Assembly: GCA_025210295.1 (NCBI GenBank)
Contig: JAOASC010000031.1
Span: forward strand, 44,350 to 108,349
Direction: 5' to 3'
Length of the DNA: 64,000 nucleotides
Origin: Flavobacteriales bacterium
Lineage (GTDB): Bacteria > Bacteroidota > Bacteroidia > Flavobacteriales_D > Parvicellaceae
Shown here: positions 50,097 to 58,520 of the stretch, one piece after another
Layout: each line of letters starts with the position of its first letter
Numbering within the stretch: position 1 is the stretch's first letter
Position numbers and translations under genes: made by a program
Notes under the pieces: model-generated
Told to the model about the DNA's origin: nothing
The model's input: the letters and a program-made list of their open reading frames with translations, nothing else
Database searches by the model: none

Positions 50097-50492
50097 TTAC
50101 TTCGAGAACTCTATCAATTCTCTATTATATTCTGTCATCAATAAACTCAATGAGTTGATTGATCCCTCTATTTCATTTCGATCTAAATTTTCGATTTGTA
50201 AGGTATCTCTAAACGAAACTTTGTTCTCGTGCAAAACAAAAGCCCCGTGTACAATATCTCTATTCTTTGTCAACAAACTTTTGTATAACTCAGGTGTTTC
50301 ATTCTTTACCTCAAAAAGAAATTGCTCCATAATTAATATTGGATCTTCACAGTCTAATACTAAATTAAAAATACCTTCTTCCTCTCTTTCTATTACAAAT
50401 AGTCCATTTTCTTCGTCTTCCACTTTTATTACATAGTTTAAATCAACTAAATAAGCTTTAATTTTTTGGAAGTGATTTTGTTGTGTTTCCAT
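50097..50492 (-). CDS. YbjN-domain protein (131 aa), paralog B, first gene of the pspA operon
   Basis: It is the same length as 43985..44380, with shared blocks ('PILIMEQFLFE', 'RDTLQIENLDRNEIEGSINSLSLL'). Confidence 0.6.
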   Translation of the reverse strand: METQQNHFQKIKAYLVDLNYVIKVEDEENGLFVIEREEEGIFNLVLDCEDPILIMEQFLFEVKNETPELYKSLLTKNRDIVHGAFVLHENKVSFRDTLQIENLDRNEIEGSINSLSLLMTEYNRELIEFSK

Positions 50493-50606
50493 AAGTCGTA
50501 ATTAAATTTTTTATAAATCTACAAACAACTAATTAATTTAGCAAGAAAAAACTAATATTTTTTGCATTTATTTTGTTTGACCACATTTTTTACTAACTTT
50601 GTTGGC

Positions 50607-51344
50607 ATGTCGACAATAGGAATTAACATCAAAAAAATAAGAAGTGTCAAAGGACTTAATCAAACTGCTTTTGCCAACCTTTTTGGATTAACACGTGCCA
50701 ACATTGGTTCTTATGAAGAATTAAGGGCTGAACCAAAAATTGATACAATCATCAAGATAGCCACACATTATAAAATACCTATTGATAAATTAGTTAGAAA
50801 AGAGTTAACGGTTAACGAAATTTCAAATTTTGATATCTTTTCTAAAGTTCCATCATATCATACAGAAAAACAACCCAAAGGAATCAAACTGGTCAACCAA
50901 AATGATTTAAAAGACTATCCTAAACTAAAAAAAGACACTAAATACCTAAGTAACCTTCAATCGATAAACCTACCTATTCAACATATAAAAGCTAAAAATA
51001 TTATCATTTTTAATGAGGGGAACACTTTATTCTCAGGAAAAGACAGTTTCTATCACGGTGATTTTCTTTATCTTGAGGCTATAGAAAACAAAACCTCAAG
51101 CTTTTTGGGAGTTATCGTTGATGCTGAACAATTTCACAAAGGGCTCATTACTATTCACAAAAATAAAATCTCTATACAACCTTTAAACAACAATAACGAT
51201 AAAAGGGAAATTTTATATACCGATCAACTTGAGATTTGGGAAATAAAAGGAAAGTTTACTACAGAAATTTCGCACGAAAATACACTTGTTACACAATTGA
51301 AAAATATCGAAGAGCGATTAAGAAAAATCGAACAAGAAAAATAA
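50607..51344 (+). CDS. XRE-family helix-turn-helix transcriptional regulator, divergent from the pspA operon
   Basis: The N-terminal HTH is 'IKKIRSVKGLNQTAFANLFGLTRANIGSYE'. The C-terminal roughly 170 aa are an unknown domain. The track start at 50562 is an upstream TTG. The ATG is at 50607. Confidence 0.65.
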   Translation: MSTIGINIKKIRSVKGLNQTAFANLFGLTRANIGSYEELRAEPKIDTIIKIATHYKIPIDKLVRKELTVNEISNFDIFSKVPSYHTEKQPKGIKLVNQNDLKDYPKLKKDTKYLSNLQSINLPIQHIKAKNIIIFNEGNTLFSGKDSFYHGDFLYLEAIENKTSSFLGVIVDAEQFHKGLITIHKNKISIQPLNNNNDKREILYTDQLEIWEIKGKFTTEISHENTLVTQLKNIEERLRKIEQEK

Positions 51345-51471
51345 CAACTATAATCCCTTTATAAAGCCCTCAATCTTAAAAGCTAATTTTATTAGCATAC
51401 ATTCGTTTTTTTTAATTATTCATAGAAATTCGAATCTTCTTTTATATATTTAGCTAAGAAAAAATAAGTTT

Positions 51472-52275
51472 ATGGGATTTTATATTGGCGGTATAATACT
51501 GTTAGTTGTAGCAGTAATATTTTTCATCATCCAAAAGAAAAGAAGCGGCAAACTTCATCATATAGAGTACAATGATACAACAAGCATTAATCAAATTGTA
51601 GAAAATCACAACGAAATGTCTGGCTCTTTTGGCCCTGGATCATTTAGTCTTTATAGTGAGGTAAAAGGGATTGCTACAGCAAACACCCCTATAAAAACTG
51701 AGTTCTCACATCAAGAATGTGTATATTACAAATCTACTGTGACCCGAGAATATGAAGTATTAGAAAAAACAAAAGATGCCAGTGGCAAATCCTCAAAAAG
51801 ATGGGTAAGAAAGTCTGAAGTTGTTGCTAACAATGAAAATAAGTCTCATGATTTTATGATTAGAGATAATTCTGGGGAAATACTACTCAATACTGAAGGC
51901 TCGGAATTACATGCAAAAAAGACGTTTTCAAAATTTGAAGAGGGAGACGACGCTCCTAAGGGAGGATTAAACATTTCAATTGGTAGTTTTTCAATTTCCT
52001 CTGGTTCTAATTATAGAACAATTGGTTATAAATATGAAGAGTACGCTATACCAACAAAAACCCCACTTTATGTAATAGGTGATGCCAACGATCGATCAGG
52101 TCGATTGCAAATATCAAAACCGACAGATAAGAGACCTTTTATCGTTTCCACCAAATCTGAAGATGAAATAACAAAACAGCTAAGCTCATCAGCCAAATGG
52201 ATGTTTTACGGAGCTATAGGATGCGCTGTTGCGGCAGGCACATTAATTGTTATTGGAGTGATTAAAAGCTTTTAA
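51472..52275 (+). CDS. Membrane protein with N- and C-terminal TM anchors, possibly a GIDE-domain family member
   Basis: An N-terminal TM segment plus a 'KKR' stop-transfer is followed by a beta-rich middle with 'ECVYYKS' and a C-terminal TM segment 'MFYGAIGCAVAAGTLIVIGVI'. Confidence 0.35.
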   Translation: MGFYIGGIILLVVAVIFFIIQKKRSGKLHHIEYNDTTSINQIVENHNEMSGSFGPGSFSLYSEVKGIATANTPIKTEFSHQECVYYKSTVTREYEVLEKTKDASGKSSKRWVRKSEVVANNENKSHDFMIRDNSGEILLNTEGSELHAKKTFSKFEEGDDAPKGGLNISIGSFSISSGSNYRTIGYKYEEYAIPTKTPLYVIGDANDRSGRLQISKPTDKRPFIVSTKSEDEITKQLSSSAKWMFYGAIGCAVAAGTLIVIGVIKSF

Positions 52276-52276
52276 A

Positions 52277-53089
52277 TTACTCTGACAAAACCACAATAGG
52301 TACAGGAGAATGCATTGTTAACTTTCTCGAAATGCTTTTGTGGAACAATCTTTCAAAAAAGTTTCTTTTACGAGAGACAACTACTAAGAGATTGATATTG
52401 TTCGCCACAATATAATCCAAGATTTCTGCTTCATAGTCAGTATTTTCCAGAAACTTAAAGGTATGTTCAAAACCAGTAAATATATCATCTACATCAGCGG
52501 CATGCTCTACAAATTTAGTTGGATCAACTTTAGATAAATCTTCCGAGACATTGATTAAATGAAATGCTCCATTTAGCAACCTTGCAAGTTCTTTGACCGA
52601 CTCAAAAACCCCTATGTTTTTTAAATTTTGTAAGTCTGTAGAAACCGCTATCTTTAACTTATCTTCAAAACGACAATCATATGGTATAGCAATTAACGGA
52701 ATGTTTATTTCTTGAATTAATGTCGCGGTATTACTTCCAACAAAAGTCTCTTTTAGCCCAGAAGCTCCTGTTGTCCCCATAATCACTAAATCAACATTAT
52801 AATTTTTTGAACAGTGACTAACTGAAGCTGTTAAATCTCCATTATAGTCAACAGTTTCAATTTTAGCTGCTGGAAACTTTTCTAAGGCCTCGGCTTTTAC
52901 TTTCTCCAATCCACTTACACTATCTTCTCTCAATACATCTGTCAAGTCGATCATCACAGATGAGTTTGGCACAGCATAAGCATTCAACAGAATAATTTCT
53001 GCTTCAAGCTTTTCTGAAAGATTTATAGCATATTCTAACGCATTAAATGCTGCTTTAGAAAAATCAGTTGGAACAAGAATTTTTTTCAT
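52277..53089 (-). CDS. Universal stress protein, tandem UspA domains
   Basis: The N-terminus 'MKKILVPTDFSKAAFNALEYAI' and the repeated 'DLVIMGTTGASG' / 'LLVVVSRKRN' with C-terminal 'HSPVPIVVL' fit a tandem Usp protein. Confidence 0.8.
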   Translation of the reverse strand: MKKILVPTDFSKAAFNALEYAINLSEKLEAEIILLNAYAVPNSSVMIDLTDVLREDSVSGLEKVKAEALEKFPAAKIETVDYNGDLTASVSHCSKNYNVDLVIMGTTGASGLKETFVGSNTATLIQEINIPLIAIPYDCRFEDKLKIAVSTDLQNLKNIGVFESVKELARLLNGAFHLINVSEDLSKVDPTKFVEHAADVDDIFTGFEHTFKFLENTDYEAEILDYIVANNINLLVVVSRKRNFFERLFHKSISRKLTMHSPVPIVVLSE

Positions 53090-53248
53090 TTATTATTAAT
53101 TTTAATAAAATGTTGTATGTATTTTTGTTTTGAAGAATCAATATCTTACTTGAACTATAACACAGTAAACAAAGATAACAACATAGATAGCAAAAATAAT
53201 TTGAGAAGCGACAGAGATTTATATGACTTTTGTCAGTATTAAAAAAAT

Positions 53249-53947
53249 ATGGAACATCCATCAGACATATTTTCGTCTTTAAGACCTGATAATACTTTAC
53301 ATTGGCTTTCTTTTGTAATTTTTTTATCGGTTGCTATTCTCGCCTATTCAAAACAAAGAAATAACTCCATTCAAATAGCATTAAAAAGCTTTTTTAACAT
53401 TCGTTTTTTCAAGCAATCCTTAAGAGAAGAAACAAATTCTAGCATTTACTCAGGAAGAGTTCTACTGGTTAACGCTTTCATTACCATCAGTATCACTTTG
53501 TTTTATTTCTTATCAGATTTTTCTTCCTTTTCTGGAACAACCTATTTCTTTTTTCTCTTTTTATTTCTATTAACACTACTCTGGTATATCATTAACACAA
53601 TGATTAAATATGTTATCTCTAAAATAAGTGGACTTAAAGTAATAGAAAATGAGTCCATTCGGTACAATCAATACTTCTTTCAGGTATTGGGTATCTTTTT
53701 ATTACCAGGTATAATTGGTTTATATTTTTTTCCTCATCAGCTGATGGGTTACAACTTTCAAGATATAGCTGAAAAATATATCATTGTTGCTACTTTGCTA
53801 TTGCTAGCAAATAAGTTAATACAAAGTATATTTCAAAGCTTTGAAATAAAAATTTCATGGTTTTATATTTTTTTGTACATTTGCACCCTTGAAATTTTGC
53901 CGTTATGTATTGGTTTTCAACTCATAATTAATCAAAACCCTATATAA
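53249..53947 (+). CDS. DUF4271-like polytopic membrane protein (the conserved Bacteroidota partner of hemD)
   Basis: There are about 6 TM helices. It lies directly upstream of uroporphyrinogen-III synthase, as is typical in Flavobacteriia. Confidence 0.5.
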   Translation: MEHPSDIFSSLRPDNTLHWLSFVIFLSVAILAYSKQRNNSIQIALKSFFNIRFFKQSLREETNSSIYSGRVLLVNAFITISITLFYFLSDFSSFSGTTYFFFLFLFLLTLLWYIINTMIKYVISKISGLKVIENESIRYNQYFFQVLGIFLLPGIIGLYFFPHQLMGYNFQDIAEKYIIVATLLLLANKLIQSIFQSFEIKISWFYIFLYICTLEILPLCIGFQLIINQNPI

Positions 53948-53984
53948 CTACAACTTTTCAGGGAAGAATAAAACAGAAATTACT

Positions 53985-54728
53985 ATGCCAATAAAATCTA
54001 TTTTAGTCTCTCAGCCTCAACCGAAAGCAGGTAAGAACCCTTTTGAAAGTTTAGCTCAAAAAAACAACTTGAAAGTTGATTTTAGATCTTTTATTCACGT
54101 AGAGGGAGTTGAAGAACAAGAGTTTAGGAAATCGAGAATTTCTTTGAGTGATTACACTGCTGTTATATTAACTTCAAGAAATGCCGTTGATCATTATTTT
54201 AGAATGGCTAAAGAGACAAGGTTTAATGTGCCTGACGATATGAAATACTTTTGTATTTCTGAAGCAGTAGCCTATTACCTTCAGAACTACATTGTATACA
54301 GAAAAAGAAAAATCTTTGTTGGAAAACAACGAATTACTGACCTTATTGATGTTTTGAAAAAACAGAAAAAGGAGAAGTTTATCGTTCCATGTTCTGATAT
54401 TCAACGTTCAATTATTCCAGAACAGTTAGAAAAAGCTGGGTTAGATTTCCAAAACGCTGTATTGTTTAAAACCGTATGTAGCGATTTATCTGACTTAGAA
54501 GATGTTAAATACGACATGTTAGTCTTCTACAGTCCATCAGGAATTGAGTCTTTATTTAAAAACTTTCCTGATTTTGTTCAAAATGATACTAAAATAGCTG
54601 TTTTTGGTCCAACAACACAAAAAGCTGTTGAAGCCGCTGGACTTCGAATAGATGTAAGTGCTCCTCAACCTGGTACTCCATCGATGACAATGGCCATTGA
54701 AAAATACATTAAAGAACAAGGGAAATAG
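53985..54728 (+). CDS. hemD: Uroporphyrinogen-III synthase
   Basis: The N-terminus ('ILVSQPQPKAGKNPFESLAQKNNLKVDFRSFI') and the two-lobed HemD size fit this family. Confidence 0.7.
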   Translation: MPIKSILVSQPQPKAGKNPFESLAQKNNLKVDFRSFIHVEGVEEQEFRKSRISLSDYTAVILTSRNAVDHYFRMAKETRFNVPDDMKYFCISEAVAYYLQNYIVYRKRKIFVGKQRITDLIDVLKKQKKEKFIVPCSDIQRSIIPEQLEKAGLDFQNAVLFKTVCSDLSDLEDVKYDMLVFYSPSGIESLFKNFPDFVQNDTKIAVFGPTTQKAVEAAGLRIDVSAPQPGTPSMTMAIEKYIKEQGK

Positions 54729-54794
54729 ACTATTTATTACTAAATAAACAAAACAAAAGGTCGATTTTAATATCGGCCTTTTTACTTTTGTAGT

Positions 54795-55181
54795 ATGAAG
54801 CAAGGTTTAAGTAGAGCGCATAGTCTTAAAAACAAATTAACCATCACTCGTATTTTTAGCAAAAAAGATGGTTTTATCACCTATCCTATCCGGATAAGCT
54901 ATACAGAAACAAATTCAGCTCTTCCAGTACAGGTTTTATTTTCAGTTCCTAAAAGGAAATTTAAAAAAGCTACTGACAGGAACCGTATTAAACGTTTAAT
55001 GCGTGAGGCTTATCGATTAAACCAATCCGAGTTTTTAGAGGGCCTACAATCAAAAAATAAAACGATAGCTTTGTATATTGGTTATGTTGGAAAGGAAATA
55101 CCTAGTTATTCTGTGATTGAAAAAAAAATAAAACTATCTTTAGTTCGTTTATTAAAGGAACTAGAAACCAAAGAGCAATGA
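54795..55181 (+). CDS. rnpA: Ribonuclease P protein component
   Basis: The motif 'ATDRNRIKRLMREAYR' is the RnpA signature, in a 128-aa protein. Confidence 0.85.
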   Translation: MKQGLSRAHSLKNKLTITRIFSKKDGFITYPIRISYTETNSALPVQVLFSVPKRKFKKATDRNRIKRLMREAYRLNQSEFLEGLQSKNKTIALYIGYVGKEIPSYSVIEKKIKLSLVRLLKELETKEQ

Positions 55182-56851
55182 AACTCAAACATCTACTTAT
55201 TTTATTAACGGTCGGTATTGTATTGTCAAGTGGTACAACCTATACGTTATCCTATTATTTTGACGATAAAGATGATGACAATTATTTCGAGATCACAAAA
55301 AATCTCAGAACAATGTCTGCTGTATATAATGTTATCAATACTTATTACGTTGATGAACCACAACCAGGAAAAATGATGAAAACAGGTATAGATGCGATGT
55401 TAAAATCATTGGACCCATACACTGTTTATATCCCTGAAAGTCAGATAGAAGATTACCGTTATATGACCACTGGTCAATACGGAGGAATTGGCTCATTAAT
55501 CCAAAAACAAGGAGATCATATTGTTATTTCAGAACCTTACGAAGGCTTTCCTGCTCAAAAAGGAGGCTTAAAAGCTGGTGACATTCTTATTGAGGTAGAC
55601 GGAGTTTCTGTTGAGGGAAAAGAAACCAGTGATATGAGTAAAATTTTAAAAGGAGGGGCTGGAACAGCATTAACCATCAAATTTAAAAGAGGAGAGGAAA
55701 CCAAAGAAATTACTCTAAAAAGAGAAGAAGTAAAAATTGCTGAAGTTCCTTACTTTGGAATGATAGATGACGAAGTGGGGTATGTAAAACTAACATCATT
55801 TACCAATACAGCGAGTAAAAATATAGGAAAAGCATTAAGAACGCTTAAGGATAGTTTAGGGATGAAAAAAGTAATCCTCGATTTAAGAGGAAATGGTGGA
55901 GGTTTATTGCATGAAGCTGTTAATATCGTAAATTTTTGGGTACCCAAAGGCCAATTAGTTGTCGAAACCAAAGGGAGGTTAGAGACCATGAATCGTTCTT
56001 ATAAAACTCAAAACAATGCTTTTGATGAAAATATGCCAATTGCTGTACTAATTAACGATCGTTCTGCCTCTGCCAGTGAAATTGTTTCTGGTAGTATTCA
56101 AGATTTAGATCGAGGAATTGTAATTGGAGAACGCAGCTATGGAAAAGGACTAGTACAACAAACAAAAGACATCAATTTCGGTAGCAAAGTTAAGGTTACT
56201 ATAGCTAAATACTACACCCCTAGCGGTAGATGCATACAAAAACTAGATTACTCCCACAGAGATGGAAAAGGTAAGGTTCACGAAGTTTCGGATAGTTTAA
56301 TTCATTCTTTTAAAACGAAGAATGGGCGAACAGTAAAAGATGGTAGAGGTATAGACCCTGATGTTGTTATTGAAGAAGAAATATACAATAAACTAACAGC
56401 TGTTTTGGTCACCAAAAATATGCTTTTTGAATATGCTACTCAATATGAACGCGCTCATCCTTCTATAGCTTCGAGCAAAAAATTTGAATTAACAGCTGAT
56501 GAATATCAAGACTTTATAGCATTCATTAAAAACCAAGAAGACATCAGTTATACCACAGATTCACAGGAGTTATTAGAGCAGCTAAAAGAGGTTGCCAAAG
56601 ACGAGAAATATTTCAATGAATCTGAAAGTGAATTTAAGCTGTTGTTAGAAAAGTTAACACCGAATTTAGAAAACGATTTAATACGCTATCAGGAAGAAAT
56701 TAAAGAGTTGTTAGAAAATGAAATTGTATCTCGTTATTACTTTCAAAAAGGAAGGGTAGAGGCTTCTTTAAAGCATGACACATACATTGACAAAGCTTTA
56801 GATATTTTGAATAACAACGAAAGGTATGAGCAAATACTTACCGTTCAATAG
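55178..56851 (+). CDS. S41 carboxyl-terminal processing protease with a PDZ domain
   Basis: The PDZ segment is 'GLKAGDILIEVDGVSV'. The S41 catalytic region is 'INDRSASASEIVSGSIQDLDRGIVIGERSYGKGLVQ' with the Ser-Lys dyad context. Confidence 0.85.
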   Translation: MKLKHLLILLTVGIVLSSGTTYTLSYYFDDKDDDNYFEITKNLRTMSAVYNVINTYYVDEPQPGKMMKTGIDAMLKSLDPYTVYIPESQIEDYRYMTTGQYGGIGSLIQKQGDHIVISEPYEGFPAQKGGLKAGDILIEVDGVSVEGKETSDMSKILKGGAGTALTIKFKRGEETKEITLKREEVKIAEVPYFGMIDDEVGYVKLTSFTNTASKNIGKALRTLKDSLGMKKVILDLRGNGGGLLHEAVNIVNFWVPKGQLVVETKGRLETMNRSYKTQNNAFDENMPIAVLINDRSASASEIVSGSIQDLDRGIVIGERSYGKGLVQQTKDINFGSKVKVTIAKYYTPSGRCIQKLDYSHRDGKGKVHEVSDSLIHSFKTKNGRTVKDGRGIDPDVVIEEEIYNKLTAVLVTKNMLFEYATQYERAHPSIASSKKFELTADEYQDFIAFIKNQEDISYTTDSQELLEQLKEVAKDEKYFNESESEFKLLLEKLTPNLENDLIRYQEEIKELLENEIVSRYYFQKGRVEASLKHDTYIDKALDILNNNERYEQILTVQ

Positions 56852-56869
56852 AGGCAACCTCTAAGTTCC

Positions 56870-58465
56870 ATGGGATTTAAACAAAGTCAAATTTTAACGC
56901 TTTTTAAGCTTTACCAAAAAAACTTTTTCCACTATAATTACACGTTTTTTTGTATTGCTTTAGTTGTTGGACTTTCAACTAGTGAAATCATTATGAGTGT
57001 GGCTAGTATAAGCCTTGCTATTAATTGGTTGTTAGAAGGACAGTTTAAAAAGAAGTATGCACTTGTAAAACAACGCAAACAACTTCCTAGTCTTTTGATT
57101 ATTGGTTATTTTTCTTTAACCATCTGGCTCATTAATACTTCCAATTTTGAATATGCGTTTAACGACTTAAAAGTGAAACTTCCTTTGCTCGTTTTCCCTT
57201 TGGTTTTAGGCTCTATAACGCTTTCTTTTCAACAAATTCAAGCTATTTTTAAGTTTTTTGTTTTAGGTCTTTTATTTAGTACACTCATTAGTTTTCTGGT
57301 TTATCTTGAAATAATTCCTATAAAAAAAGACCTTTCTGACATTAGAAATATCTCCATTTTTATCTCACACATTAGGTTAAGCTTGTTGATTTGTCTTGCT
57401 ATTGTACTCCTTATTAAACCTACTAAAGGAAACTACATATTCCCACCCATACTAACTATCGGATTTTCATTATGGTTCATTCTATTTTTGTTTATTCTAC
57501 AAGCCTTTACAGGGTTATTTATATTAGGGGTTCTTTCCATCGTTTTTTTGGCTTACTTAATTTTTAAATCGAAAAACAAACTATTAAAATTATTTGTAAC
57601 CATCTCTTTTATTGGGATAGGAGCTTTCTTTACGCATAAAGTTTATACGATATACAACAATAACTTTGTAGCTCCCCCAATCATTGTTTCACAACTAGAT
57701 TACGCTTCTAAAACTGGAGAAGTATATCAATATAAAGTAGAAGATGATTGGCTTGAAAATGGAAATCGAGTCTGGTTATACATTGCCCCAAAAGAGTTAG
57801 CAAAAGCGTGGAATGCCAGAAGCACTATTCCTTTTGACTCAACAGATCATAAAGGACAACCAATGTGGGGGACACTCTATCGCTATTTAACTTCAAAAAA
57901 CCTTAGAAAAGATCAGGAAGGCTTAGAAAAGTTAAGTCATGACGAAATCAGAGCTATTGAGCAAGGAACTACAAACTGTTGTGAAAAACTGAATGGTTTT
58001 GATAAAAAGATTAAAGATGTAATTTTTGAATTTGAGAGGTATAGAAATGGACAAAACCCTAATGGGCACTCATTTATTCAAAGAATTATTTATTTAAGAG
58101 CTAGCGTTGAGCTTTTTAAACATAATTTCTGGTTTGGAGTTGGCTTAGGAGATGTTCATGATGAATTCTTAACCTATTATGAGGAAAACAATTCTTTATT
58201 GAAAGGAAAAAACAGAAAAAGAGTCCATAATCAATACATGAGTTTTGCTGTAGGCTTGGGGGTTTTTGGACTAATTATTTGGTTATTTATCTTGTATTTT
58301 CCAATTGTAAAGAAACCTAGAAATAAAAACATTTATTTACTATTCATACTCATCATTTCTTTAAGCTTTCTTACCGACAACACATTAGAGCGACAAGCAG
58401 GGGTGATGTTTTTTGCTTTTTTTAATAGTTTATTCCTTTTTCAACCTTTCAAATCTCAAGCATAA
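56870..58465 (+). CDS. O-antigen ligase / Wzy_C-family polytopic membrane protein
   Basis: The protein has more than 10 TM helices and a large loop with 'RAS.ELFKHNFWFGVGLGD', consistent with O-antigen-ligase-like proteins. Confidence 0.5.
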   Translation: MGFKQSQILTLFKLYQKNFFHYNYTFFCIALVVGLSTSEIIMSVASISLAINWLLEGQFKKKYALVKQRKQLPSLLIIGYFSLTIWLINTSNFEYAFNDLKVKLPLLVFPLVLGSITLSFQQIQAIFKFFVLGLLFSTLISFLVYLEIIPIKKDLSDIRNISIFISHIRLSLLICLAIVLLIKPTKGNYIFPPILTIGFSLWFILFLFILQAFTGLFILGVLSIVFLAYLIFKSKNKLLKLFVTISFIGIGAFFTHKVYTIYNNNFVAPPIIVSQLDYASKTGEVYQYKVEDDWLENGNRVWLYIAPKELAKAWNARSTIPFDSTDHKGQPMWGTLYRYLTSKNLRKDQEGLEKLSHDEIRAIEQGTTNCCEKLNGFDKKIKDVIFEFERYRNGQNPNGHSFIQRIIYLRASVELFKHNFWFGVGLGDVHDEFLTYYEENNSLLKGKNRKRVHNQYMSFAVGLGVFGLIIWLFILYFPIVKKPRNKNIYLLFILIISLSFLTDNTLERQAGVMFFAFFNSLFLFQPFKSQA

Positions 58466-58520
58466 AAACTTGTTTTTTAGCACTTTAATTGTATATTGCA
58501 TACTCTAAAATTTTGATTGA

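Noticed and set aside
54729-54794. Expected rpmH (L34) upstream of rnpA
   Set aside because: There is no room for it. The gap is 66 bp, and a short hairpin plus T-run lies at about 54752-54780. Here rnpA follows hemD, so rpmH must be elsewhere. This was noted but not considered anomalous enough to report.
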